Positions 25,601 to 37,449 of a stretch of DNA of 64,000 nucleotides are shown here, piece after piece (positions within the stretch are counted from its first letter, which is position 1; each line of letters begins with the position of its first letter). The position numbers and the translations under genes are program-made. This DNA comes from Ylistrum balloti. Lineage: Eukaryota. Location: assembly GCF_031769215.1 (NCBI RefSeq), contig NW_026782303.1:310001-374000 (forward strand), read 5' to 3'. The notes beneath the pieces were generated by a model, which had not been told where the DNA came from, searched no databases, and saw only the letters and a list, made by a program, of their open reading frames with translations.

Positions 25601-28600
25601 GGGTGCCACCTCCGCACGTGACAGTACACACGCCCCACGCTGACCAGTCGGTATATCCGCCATCAACTACATAAAAAACATTACCATTGTATGAAGTAAG
25701 GAAGATGCTAAATTATCATCCTTCTTTATAATATTTTGATTTTCCTTGTTTCAAATGCATTTTAATATTTATGATAACAAACGTGTTTTCTGTGCCGTAT
25801 CCACCTACTTGGACAAGGACTAAGGGTGCAATCAGTCATCTCTGAGGCGTCTCCTGTACAGTTGTTGCCGCCATATTGGGGGGTGGGACTGTCACATGCG
25901 CGTGTGCGGTTTTTGACACCATTTGCGCATGTCACAGAGCAATCTCCCCATGATGTCCAAGGTCCGTACTCGCCATTTACTGAACAAAGAAGATTATAAT
26001 TATATTAATGATCGAAGACAACATTATTTATTGAAAATCCACTTACAAAAACATTAAGATTTTTATGCTTATGTAAAACCCATGATCCCATAAGTTTAAA
26101 CACAGAATTAAGTATGTATCAAATCGGCAGTTTTCGTCCGACTTCACTCTCGCGAAATTACCCTCTGTATTTTATAAACAACAAAGGTTCAATTACTTAC
26201 TGGGACAGTAGGTACTTGTGGTGCATGACTGTGTTTCAGTACCATCTCCAACACACTGAGCACCGTCATATGCCGGAGCTGGATCCGAACAGTTTCGAGT
26301 TCTTTCCATCACTCCAGTCTGTGATGATCCAAAGTCCATGCAAGTCAATGAGCAATCACCGAAGGATCCCCAGCTAGCCCAATTACCGTCAACTGTAAAT
26401 ATGTGTTGATATCATCATTATACAATTATTAGTTATTCTAAATCGAGTGCATGCTCTTTTATGGGAAAACGAACGTATGTAAAGGAGATCTATTGAAGAT
26501 GATATTTTGACGAGGTACAGTTGTCTGTGGATGCAAAAAGCGACAAAGATTATATTTTGAGTTGTAATTATTATTTCTGAAAATTACAAACGAGATTTTT
26601 TTCACTCAATTTATTCAGAACGTAATTTCACAGGGACTTACAGAAGGAACGAAATGCCTAGGGATTCTGTTTGCAATTATGGGCAAATTTCACGAAGAAA
26701 TGATTTATAAAACGTCGACATTATTCATTTCAAAGACAAAGTATCTATATTATCCATAGTTACAATTGTGACATCAGTATAATGACGACTCATGGAAAAG
26801 GTAATGCCATATAGAGTCAACAGTGCCTTAAGAATAAAAAATAATCGAATTACAATCGTGAAATCATGACATAAAACAATATTTTCGTACTTGGGGCAGG
26901 TTTGGCACAATCTTCATCAATCAAGCCGTCTCCGTCATCATCTACAACATTTCAAAATAAGATTACGTCATGATATGCCTCATTAAGTCATTAAGTAGAT
27001 GGAAGAACTACTTGTAAATTCTTGAACATATTGAATGTGCCAATACCAGAACTATGTGCTGTGCAGCGTCATCATTATATACAATATAACTATAATGGTA
27101 ATCCGAGTATCATATTATGTAGTTATATCTATATTCACATTTGATGAACTTTGTCTTTTTATATTTTTAACTTTTAACATTTGATATAAGTGCCCGAAGG
27201 AATGAAATGTATATGTGACACGTGAATTTCGTGAAAATTAACTGACCTGCGTAATTATTAGCTGTTGTACAGAGTTCCTCATCTATGAGACCGTCACAGT
27301 CATTATCAACACCGTCACCCACAACAGAGGTAGTGTTCACGCAAACCTGGTGAAATAACACAACTTCTTTTTTATTTCAAACTATATACTAACTTCAGGC
27401 ATACACTAGGGCTTCATCTTTATAGGAGAAAATGCTTCACCGTGTCAATACCAAGCAATGTACCGGCTGAAATTAAACTTGCTCTCGTCCTTTTTGCAAA
27501 CTTAAAAAGAATCATCGACATTCCTGAAAAAATGTATGCTACTCTGCACATCGCCTGCAATTTTATCATTAACTACATAAAATAAGTGTAACATGTTTCA
27601 AGAGCATGATCGGTTAGATGACAAATTCTTTCATAAACAATATTGTTTATATCAGAATATTGAAATCTAACGATCCACTCATAGATTAAGATAGAGTTTA
27701 CAATAATGTTCACTCAAACTTAGCACATCCTTCACCCCCATAAACGTAACAATACTAAAGAGATAAATATTTACTCTCAACCACAACTGTATATTGAAGA
27801 AATGATAACATTGGCGTTATTACGACTTTTGAAAGGCGTAATTACACTTTTATTCGCGTAGTAACGCGATTTTTTAAAAAGAATTTCCCCTTCAAAATTG
27901 ACCTTTTTAGGCTTTCGTAGTTTTTATATTGCTGGCCGATAAAATAATAATCAGGCCATGAAATGGCATCCAACGATATTTCATATTATTTAGAAATATG
28001 AATGAACGCATGACATTATGCAGATCTCCCCGAGGTGATATTTATATTCAAATTCGGGCGACGGATCTGCAGACTGCATCGACAGGTTTCGAATAATTTT
28101 CTCCAGGCTTTGCTCTTAGAACGAAAGTAGGGGGGAAAACACGGAATGCAATAGCACCAATCTTAAGTATTATCAAATCTTATATACTGATTTATGAGAA
28201 ATGATATCAATTAGTATGTTATGAGCTCTGTATCAATGTTAAATACTTACGGTGTTGATTGGGGCCATACGCATACCAGTAGTAAAACCGTATGTCTCGT
28301 ATCTGGCTTGGCCGTATAAATATCCTCCGAATATGGAGATAGTAGAGGTGTGCCGAACGGTATGGGAGCCATGGCTGACGGCGACATATCCGGCGACGTA
28401 CTCGGTACCACTGATGGAGTTATAAGTGGTACTAGGAAACACATCACCGTCGAGTCGGAGTCCATCCTTCTCTGAATCTTTCACCACAAACATGAAGTAG
28501 TTACTGTAAGATCCCTGTAAAAGAATCACCAACATGTTTGTATCAAATTCGAAATGAACTATTGAACATCCAATTTTTGCATTCCTTGGGATAACGTTTC

Positions 28601-30508
28601 ATTATATATGTTATTTATCGAAGATTTATCTCGTTTGACCTAAAAAGATGTTAAAACCCAAGGAAACCCTGATCTGCTAGAATATTTGGTTAATAGCAAA
28701 CCATCAAACGTATGCTGTCGTACATTACAAGTTGAAAAATAAAATGTATTTTTGATTGAGTATAATTATCATCTTCGTTATCAAACATTGCGGATATGAC
28801 ACATCTACCATCTGGTGCTTTAGAAAACCAAACCGATACTTATGCCGAATGGTTGATTAAAATTGTAAGATTTACACCATTGCAGTACAGACAGAAAAAA
28901 CCAAAAGACACAACCCTGGTGTCTTAATCAAACTGACAAAGACAGTATATTGTAGGATATTAAAATCATTTTATAAAGCTCCATTGTGCAATGAAACAAA
29001 TAGCATACCGTATTTCACACTTAACATAGAGCTCCAATGATTCTCAGAGTTTGTTTTTTAATTTACGTACCAAAATATAAATATTTCGACCAATTCCTTT
29101 CGAAGACATTTGAACAACAATTTTGAATTTCTTATGTTGCTTTAAGGCAGTAGTGTTAAAGGAAAGAATTACCGATTGCATTGAAAGTGCCCAGCCAACA
29201 TTATTACAGTATTGATGTTTTATTCCTTAGTGCAAATGAGTGTATGTGTTACATTTACCTGGGAGTACCTTGGTGTTGCAAATGTGTAATCAGCTGCGTA
29301 CTGTTCAATTGGTGGAATAATCATCATCATCGGATCGGATTGTTCTGCACTGGACTGCTGGCTCAAGCAAAACTGCACCACCAGAATGGGTTTGTCGGAC
29401 GTGACCTTACAATAGGCGGTAGACGGGATGTCCTTCTCAATCATGTCACCAGCGTTAGTTATGGTAAAGGTGTCAGTGTATCCTCCTGTGATTGTTATTA
29501 CTGTTGAGGCCTCGCTGGATATAAACCGGAAGTAGTCACCAACTGTTCGCAAAGGAATGGGAACAGTAATGAAATTCTTTCCCCAAGAGTCAACACGTGT
29601 AATTTGTTCAACTAAATGATCAGAACTTCCGCCTGCACCAATCTTGGTTTTCTTGTTTCCGCTGAACACGGCGACGTTTTTGTCAGCCGAGATCTTGGTT
29701 CCGCTAAGATCACCGGAACTGTAGAACTGAAAGGTATCGAATCTGTCCATGGAAAGAGCAAATGTATTCCCCGCGTAATAATATGTACTGTCATAGTAAA
29801 CATAGTCATTACTAAGTGATGACCCCAGGGTCACGTTAACGGATGTGGTATCGTTTACGGCAGCAATCAGAATCTCACACTGTTGTGATGGAGGGTAGTA
29901 TGTAACGGCATAATATTCTTTACCAATAACATCAGTGGGCAGACCAAGAAAGGCATCACAAGAATACGTTTCCTTATTGACTCCATAAATCACCACTTCG
30001 TCATCTGCAGTTATCCATATTCCTTTGGAATCCATATTCGTTCCTGACATACGAATCAGTGGCGAGAAAGCTAACTCTTTGACATAACCAGAAGTAACTG
30101 TGAAACTTTCGCTGATTCCTGCTGATGGATAACGTGGTGCTGTAATCTGAACATTGACCGTAGTTGTTTTCATAGTAGTTACGAAAAGTTCGACGTCGTA
30201 ATTAGCCGCGATATTTTCCATGTAGCCAATTATAAATTCGATTCCAGCATTATCGGGTGCACCTGCAATTGAAAACGCTTGTTTCCATTTTTTTGATAGT
30301 GTACTTTCAAACTACAATCAAAAGACAGTCGCCGTCTCTTTATTCTAACAACTTGTCAACCTATCTACAAATTTTCACCACATACAAATATGCTATTCAT
30401 CCTTAAAATCACACAATCATGCATATAATGAATAATCAACAAAAATAAAGAATAATACTCACAGAACGCTGAAACGAGCATGCACGCTGCAAGGACCACG
30501 GACAGCAT
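22547..30508 (-). CDS. Secreted, probably GPI-anchored IgGFc-binding-domain / MopE-like motif / 3xTSP1 / LDLa protein (757 aa, 10 coding exons)
   Basis: Exons: 30508-30463, 30262-29259, 28514-28251, 27346-27247, 26941-26891, 26392-26201, 25666-25496, 25227-25031, 24367-24187, 22614-22547. All introns are GT-AG, phases match throughout (1,0,0,1,1,1,1,0,1), and the total of 2274 nt is stop-free to TAA at 22549-22547. Confidence 0.92.
22682..23984. mobile_element. Non-autonomous Tc1/pogo(Tigger)-like TIR element in the last intron of the IgGFc-domain gene
   Basis: Left end TA|CAGTGAAACCTC matches the reverse complement of the right end GAGGTTTCATTG (one mismatch). Both ends carry subterminal GTGGTC(T/G)TAATAG(C/T)G(A/G)G repeats. 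The right-hand TA TSD is not preserved. Confidence 0.7.
24187..24367 (-). CDS. Coding exon 9: LDL-receptor class A module plus small-residue linker
   Basis: [36 protein letters not shown] followed by [13 protein letters not shown]. Confidence 0.9.
25031..25227 (-). CDS. Coding exon 8: thrombospondin type 1 repeat 3
   Basis: [43 protein letters not shown]; phase 1-0. Confidence 0.93.
25496..25666 (-). CDS. Coding exon 7: thrombospondin type 1 repeat 2
   Basis: [41 protein letters not shown]; phase 1-1. Confidence 0.93.
   Translation of the reverse strand: MMADIPTGQRGACVLSRAEVAPRIEPVAAPTLPPPTEVLVVTERTLRVRIVTRLFV
26201..26392 (-). CDS. Coding exon 6: thrombospondin type 1 repeat 1
   Basis: [37 protein letters not shown]; phase 1-1. 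Confidence 0.92.
26891..26941 (-). CDS. Coding exon 5: Asp-rich motif 2 (51-nt exon)
   Basis: [17 protein letters not shown]; acceptor gttgtag, donor GTACGA; phase 1-1. Confidence 0.85.
27247..27346 (-). CDS. Coding exon 4: Asp-rich MopE-like metal-binding motif 1
   Basis: [33 protein letters not shown]; acceptor ttcaccag, donor GTCAGT. Confidence 0.88.
28251..28514 (-). CDS. Coding exon 3: C-terminal part of the IgGFc-binding region
   Basis: [45 protein letters not shown]; phase 0-0; donor GTAAGT. Confidence 0.92.
29259..30262 (-). CDS. Coding exon 2: IgGFc-binding protein N-terminal domain
   Basis: [80 protein letters not shown] are typical motifs of this domain. Confidence 0.95.
30463..30508 (-). 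CDS. Coding exon 1: signal peptide [15 protein letters not shown]
   Basis: ATG at 30508-30506; donor GTGAGT; an acceptor (ttctattcag) 2 nt upstream of the ATG implies a further 5' non-coding exon. Confidence 0.85.
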
Positions 30509-31569
30509 AACTGAATAGAAGAAAAGACGTATAAGTATTGCTTAAACAAGCACAAAAATATCATGTAAAGCATTCAATTGCACCATGCCAAATATGTAAT
30601 TAAGATTTTCAGTATCATCGGTATTGCTGATATTTGTTAAGAAAATGAAACCGAAATATCGTTTAGTTAATTCGAATTTAATATTGTATCATAGTAAAGA
30701 TGAACAACAATAAAACAATCAAACCCATATGTTTGTAAGTTCAATTCCAATTTCAGTCTTTAGAAACAATATTCGACCTTTAAAAAGTTTTATTTTGTTT
30801 TTTGATATTAGCAAGTAAAATTCTTCGATTAAAACCAGCTCCGGTTGCTATGACATCACAACTTTTGAACTACCATGTATGTACCAAAATTGCTGTAAAG
30901 TCGAATTTTAGTGGTCATTCTTACATATGCTAGCTATAGCTTTCATTTCATGTTTGAATCTCTGGACTTGATTATGAAGTCCCGTTTAAACTCTTGTTCT
31001 ATCCGAAGTCAGAACACACTGCTGTTAATTAACTAATACTACCAAGATGTCTAAACACGTGAGTTGAATATGTATTTTTATCCTTGTGGTAAAAAAAAAA
31101 TCGAAAATAAGACATTTGTGAAAAAATATATGACAAAACTTAATTATAAACATTTTAACGGAAGTTATACTTGTGGTGTTTCAAGCTACTGAATTCTTCA
31201 TTTCATTATCGTAATAAGGCATTTATCAATGTTTATAAATGTAGATTGAGATTAACTATGGTTGAATTGCTCCTTGCAAAATTTCCCTCTACAATAGCAC
31301 ATAACATGTTTTAAGTATATACCTTTAGCCATGTTGCTGTCTAGAGATCCCCTGTCAACGAATGCTTCTTTCTCGTCTGTTAGATAACTCTATGCTCTAA
31401 TGTTTATAAGAACCTGAAAATTCCCGTGATAAGCATTGTTGGATTGGCCATTACTCATAGATATATTAGACACACAATACTTGTCAATGATCCAATGTTT
31501 ATTGTTGAAATTATGTTTTGTAAGATAATTGTCCGCATTGTAAAACAAATTGTTTAAAATAAAACTTAC

Positions 31570-31650
31570 TTGTCAGGTATTTAGTTTGTAAATGTGCGCA
31601 CAAAAAAGTATGAGTTAGTCTACCCCAATATGTCATGTTTATATATTTAT
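31570..31650 (-). promoter_or_regulatory. Putative TATA/Inr core promoter and short 5' non-coding exon of the IgGFc-domain gene
   Basis: On the minus strand: TATATAAA at ~31646-31639, an Inr-like TCATAC about 30 nt downstream (~31612), then a strong donor CAA|GTAAGT at 31569. Not confirmed by transcript data. Confidence 0.4.
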
Positions 31651-31770
31651 TTAACGTCAGAGCTGATACTTTAAATCTACCAGGAATGTAATTACAATAG
31701 CCACTGCCATGGTGAAATAAAGGATAAAAAGAAGCTTATTAGTTAGTAATCTATTTGGTGACACCTGTGA

Positions 31771-31994
31771 TGTCGACATCGTTTTGTAATATCTCTGGTG
31801 AAATCATTACATATCTGATACCTCATGTCTGATATTAAGGTCAATGTCGACATCGTTTTGTAATATCTCTGGTGAAATCATTACATATCTGATACCTCAT
31901 GTCTGATATTAAGGTCAATGTCGACATCGTTTTGTAATATCTCTGGTGAAATCATTACATATCTGATACCTCATGTCTGATATTAAGGTCAATG
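31771..31994. repeat. Three identical tandem copies of a 74-bp unit
   Basis: tgtcgacatcgttttg...ttaaggtcaa starts at 31771, 31845 and 31919; no mismatches seen. Confidence 0.95.
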
Positions 31995-33084
31995 ACAATT
32001 AAATGTGTTACCAGAATAATGTATATAAGGTGATGAGAGAAGACAAACGAACAGATACACAAGTGAATTGCAAATTTAAATACAACTTAAGTATGAGATA
32101 CAGTACAGCCAAATTACTAATTAAACTACAAATGAAACATGTGCACTTTACGGGTCGCCTGAGTAAGTTATTATTAAGTTTTATGGTATTTTCGGTCAGC
32201 TGTGATAGATGTACTCAATGCAGTCGCTAGGATACGGTTGTGTCTTGAGTTTCTTTTAAGGAAAAAAAATAAGAATAACTATCTTCATCTAAACCTACTG
32301 TCATATGTTAGCAATGACATGCTTTCAAAGTAAAAACGAGGATAAGTAGTGATGCAGAAAGGATTAAGGGAGCATAGCTGAAAAAACAATCTTCATTATG
32401 ACACTTCAATCTACACCATTAGTTCGAAATTAGGATTCTATGTCAACTTTGCCAATGTTGGAGTGAGTTCTGGGTCTATGGCGTTAACTAAGGAACACAT
32501 GAGTGAATGGTATAACTAGGAACACCTTCATTAGTGATATCTGCGAAAAAATATATTGTTAGAAAAACAGTAGAAAGTGTTGTTTTCGAGAATGTAATTA
32601 AATCGGGAAACAGATCTATACTGACAATTAGAAAAATAGAGATTACCATGATTAATGTCATACATTCCATGAAAACTATTTCCAGCATTTAGTAAAACTA
32701 AGAAAACCATTGAGAGGTGTAAAAAGGTGTAATTTATTCTAAATAACTACAAAAATCAGGGCTCCATGTAAACGTAATCTTGGATTTTCTGAAGGCCGTT
32801 ATGCCAGACATGCACATTTTTGAAATATTTAACATTCTGTTGAAATACCAACCAAAAGTCTGGGAAGACTTTTCTCTTGTCCTGCTTTGAAATATTGTAA
32901 AATGTTCTTTTAAAAGATACTTGATCCTGGATTTGTATCATTTACTACGGGCAATAGCGTCTTATTTGAATTTACGGGAATGGTAGAAATTTGGGTTAAG
33001 TGGTTGTTATGTGACCTATTAGTACATTCACTTGGCGTGATGAAGTAGTATAACCAGTAATTTTTAGTATGCTCAAAATGATTT

Positions 33085-33205
33085 GGGACATCTGGTCTTA
33101 TTCACCTTGTTCTTTTTCATGAGTTTCCGCGTAAAGCTTTTTTTATTCGTATTTTGCCCTAGTTATATTGAATTTGAGTTTGATTATGTGGACATAATGG
33201 TATCT
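33085..33205 (-). repeat. Copy of dispersed repeat family R1 (inverted)
   Basis: The reverse complement reads atgtccacataatcaaactcaaattcaatataactagggcaaaata..aataagaccagatgtccc, matching 49215-49330. Confidence 0.75.
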
Positions 33206-35114
33206 TCTTCTTATTGCAACTACTTCAGACCTTTGAATAATGGCGACCATCATTTGCTATGTTGATTTTTTTTTATTTGTATTGGACCTTAATTTGCTGT
33301 TTTGACTTGTGAGATTGCGCCTTAATTATTAAGGTTGATTGATCAGATAAACTAAAATAGATACATACACCAGACCCTTGAGACACTACATAACGATAAC
33401 GCCATGTAAAGTTTGATTGAATCAGAGAAGAGGGCTTGGGTTCAGCCAAGCAGGCAAACAACACTATCACGATTTAAGTAATGATTGCTGGCCACTCCTC
33501 GACATTATTATTCAATTAAAGAATAACACGTATTGATGTACGTCATCCATCAAACACAGAGTAAACGAGGAGTTGATATTGTTTACTAAAAAACAGAGCA
33601 TCCACTTACAGAAATAAATTAATTCTATTTTTAACAGTATGATAATCGAATATTTTATTTACCTCAACATATGGCAGGGGAGGGGGATCTGTATCTATGT
33701 TTATTTTACTATATAGGATTTGAAGAGAAAATAATTTTATTTAAAGTCGAGGTGTTGTTTGACTATAGAGGCCACGATTTATCACCCGGTGCGTGGTTCC
33801 CTACCCACAACAGTTTTTGTTTCAATCACAGGATGCTGAATCCGTGAAAACACTTTACCTTTATATACCTGGACGGTATGTGACGTGTGTCTTTTATGTT
33901 AAGTGAGATTGCCACAAGCAAATATAAGACTCCACCTTGAAATGTCTCTGACTGGTCAAGGGCTGATAACCCCAGCAAAATACTAAAAATGTACAATTCA
34001 TTTTTTAATCAAAGCATTTTGTCGCTATTGTAAATTAAGTTTCCCCGTCGTTTACTTCACTTGAAGAGAACATCGTTTTGCCTTATGCTAAATATATTAA
34101 GGATAATGTCTGCGTGCCATAAAATGAAATAAGTACAGACTTCCCTAAGCATGTTGGGTCACACAAGGTACTACCGGGTCAGTTGTTTGGAGAAGGCTTC
34201 GATCAGGTAAGCACATTGTGTATTTTTGTTACCTGAATACCTCCGGTCAGTAGGACAAACACTATTACATTTACCGGATTAAATAAAACAATATTTAAAC
34301 AACTGTAGACAATGCCGACTATATAGGATTAAGAAAATATATAATATTGAAGTCTATGTTATGATTAAGTATGAGGTCAATATTCTGTCCTTGCCTTAAC
34401 CCTGTAAAGTCTACCCCAAAAGGAGAGAGAACTGCAAACATGATTAATTATTATTGACCAATCACTGCCTGACGAATTCTAACGACAATGATAACAATGC
34501 CATCAATATGAAAGTTTGTCAAACTATCACACTAAAGGTGACTGCTACCATAGAGAATGAAAGAATCCTTCGTTTTGAGTACACCAGTATATCATGAGAC
34601 TGATGAATTCCATAACTTAACAATAACAAAAAATCAATATTTTTATGCCTCTGCCATTTAATGGTGTGGGGTGGGATGTATTGAGGGATATTATATTACC
34701 CATGTAAGACTCTTACATCTCGTTCCGATCCATTATCATCCATTTGACTGATCATATTTACATAGCAGCGAGGAAATTCATGTCTTTTGTACATTTTCTG
34801 TTTTTAATTATGTTATTTTCCCCGGAACTTCTAGTCTGCGTTGAATTCTAGGATTGGCCATGCTATCAGCATATGTTTTAATCTGATATTGCACATCACT
34901 GGTGTTATATGAGACATGAATGTACTTATGAAATCAAGAAAGTTGATACTTTTTATTCAACAACAATAGCGAGAATGTACTATTGTTTTGCACTTATTAC
35001 ATCTCTAACCAATTGTCATGAATTTAAACAACATTAATAGCATTGCCGTTATTTTCGAAAACGCACGCTTTATAAGTAGTTGCTTAGCAACACTAAGTCA
35101 TGACATATGTATAT

Positions 35115-35115
<1 letters not shown>

Positions 35116-35145
<30 letters not shown>
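35116..35145 (+). repeat. Poly(G)30 tract
   Basis: 30 consecutive G in an otherwise AT-rich region. Confidence 0.9.
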
Positions 35146-35146
<1 letters not shown>

Positions 35147-35744
35147 GGTAATTTAGCCTAAACTATTAGCCAAAACAACAATCAATTCTCTAATCTCAAT
35201 CTCTATTTATTGCGTTTCTATAATTTATAATTGTACTGTAGATAGCTCTTGACTAGAACTGCTCTGACAAAGGGAAAAGGAAGTGCGCTGCAGCTCCTGT
35301 TTAATTAAAACAAATTATTCAGGCCTATTGTTTATGCTGCACTAAAGTACATGAATGCAAGCTGATATCGACGCCGATCATCGAGAACCATTCCTGTGCT
35401 ATCTATAGCAGTTATTCTTTTTCAAGTCTGTCGTCTGATTAAAATGCTCTTAAACAATGATGTTAGGACTATGGTACGTGTGCTACTGTACTTAGAAACA
35501 ATGGCAAGTGTTCAAACTTTACAAAGCTTATTGTAAGTGTAATCACCTGGTCCTATTTCTTGTTCAGCCTTACGTTACATTTTTTTGCAGTTTTGCTAGC
35601 GTCCATACATGAAGGTGATCAGTCATTTGCCCCAAAATCTCCTTCACCGAAGTGATGATAGTGATCCAAGGTTGAAGGGCGCAGATATGATTGAGCAGTA
35701 ATATTACGAAACGAAAAACGAACACAACAAGAAAATGTAATTTA

Positions 35745-36000
35745 TAATTCAAACAAAATTCTGTTAAACAAAGCAAGAACAAAAGAAAGGTTTACAAGTA
35801 GACTACTCTAAAATCCAGGGAGAATAAGACCAGGTCTTCTGGAAGAACAAGCGTCTTCTGCTTCATCGACGACACTCGCCACATAAACATTGGTCTATCC
35901 AAGTAAGTATTGTCAAGTTCTCAATTGAAAACAAGTTATACAACGCAAGCAAACGGCAAGCTAACAAGCACCAAACATGTCCAGCTTCATATTGCGCAAA
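35745..36000 (+). repeat. Copy of dispersed repeat family R1
   Basis: gaataagaccaggtcttctggaagaacaagcgtcttctgcttcatcgacgacac..ggcaagctaacaagcaccaaacatgtcc aligns with 49310-49475. Confidence 0.75.
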
Positions 36001-36799
36001 GAAATATAATTTCTTAATGAGATCAGTATTTGTACCGTAAAACTCACCCATAATTTCACAATCTCTTTCTGATATCTGTGATTAGGACATAGATGATTAC
36101 TTTAGCCTTCCAACTGCTTTCCACTATTTGTTCAGAAGTCAAAGAAAGATTGGTGATGCGGAAGAATACCCCTAAGAATTGTTCATAGCAAAAAATAAAA
36201 TAGTTATGGATTTCTATAGAAACAGTGCTTCTAAATAATGTTCATCTTTATGTCATAAATGCAGATCTTAATCCTGTAGAACACGCCGGGTATATGGAAA
36301 CGAGTAGGTATACCATCTAATCCGTTACGACTGACCGAATTCGTTTACTTAATTTACCAATGGTATTAAATATTGTTTATAAAATGTATTAATGTTCGCG
36401 GTAAATAGTCATTGGTCAAGTGTAGTTTCTCATATATATATAAGAGATTAACTATCATACTAGTCGATTATGACAGGTGTGTTTAAGTAGAGCTTGTGTA
36501 TTTTGCGGCTTGTCATAAGCGTTTTATGGAATTCTGCACGGTCATCTGGAGGATGTCTCGCAATTTGATAATAGATAAATTATGATATATACCACTTAAT
36601 AATTCATTTTAAGCGGCTTAGACAATGTTCTATAACATAAATATAGACCAGCGATTTACATACATAGATAAAACATTTCGTTGTCATTTTAAGCCGAATA
36701 AAATCCAGATGTCATGGCCATTGTCACAGGGACTTGTCAGAAATTCCTCATCCACGGTCCATATCTACGTATGATAGTGACAAAGGTTATAACTTCCGA

Positions 36800-36935
36800 G
36801 AAGGGAAAACTGAACACATTTTAAGATTTCATAAGAAAGGTGACCCGCATACCAATTCACTTCCGATCGGGAAATCGAACTACGATCGCCTAGGTGAAAT
36901 ACGGATACGTTACTCCTGCGTCTTCCGAACATCAA
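36800..36935 (-). mobile_element. Old tRNA-derived SINE fragment
   Basis: The minus strand has a tRNA-like head (gacgcaggagtaacgtatccgtatttcacctaggcgatcgtagttcgatttcccg) with a B-box-like GTTCGATT; degenerate. Confidence 0.4.
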
Positions 36936-37449
36936 AAGCTCCCATTGCTATAGTAACGTAGTAGTTATGATATAACGGCCCTCTCGGGTTAGAAATTTAA
37001 ACTCTGATCATAGTAATGTTCTGTTCACGAGCTGATATCAAACCAAAAGCAAAGGGAAAATTTATTATTTTCTAATTCTAGGGGCCGTAGATCTAGGTAA
37101 CACATACTACAACACTTTTTTTAAAGTAGAGTGTGTCACTCAGATCTAGGTTCTTTAGAATATCAAAAGGCATAATTTAAAGGAAATGTGTTCGATTTTC
37201 GCGTCTCGGGAATTACAGCCCTTATTACAAGAGTACATATGATAGACTGTAGTTTGTGAATAAGTGCCAAGTCTCATTGCTTAGTGTAACACATGTATAT
37301 ATACAAGCGACGTATCAGTGTATCAGAGAGATCATTATACAGATAATGTTTGGTATGTCATAGGCCCAAAGGAAAGATTGTGATCCAAACACCAGACCGC
37401 ATTGGATCCATTCTAAGGAGGAAATGGGTCCAATTTGACACCAGCAGTC

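Noticed and set aside
33832-34206. Exon-like segments (DAESVKTLYLYIPG; FPKHVGSHKVLPGQLFGEGFDQ, faintly cNMP-binding-like)
   Set aside because: The phases are incompatible at the best acceptor (giving an immediate stop), the acceptor is weak, and no further exons were found.
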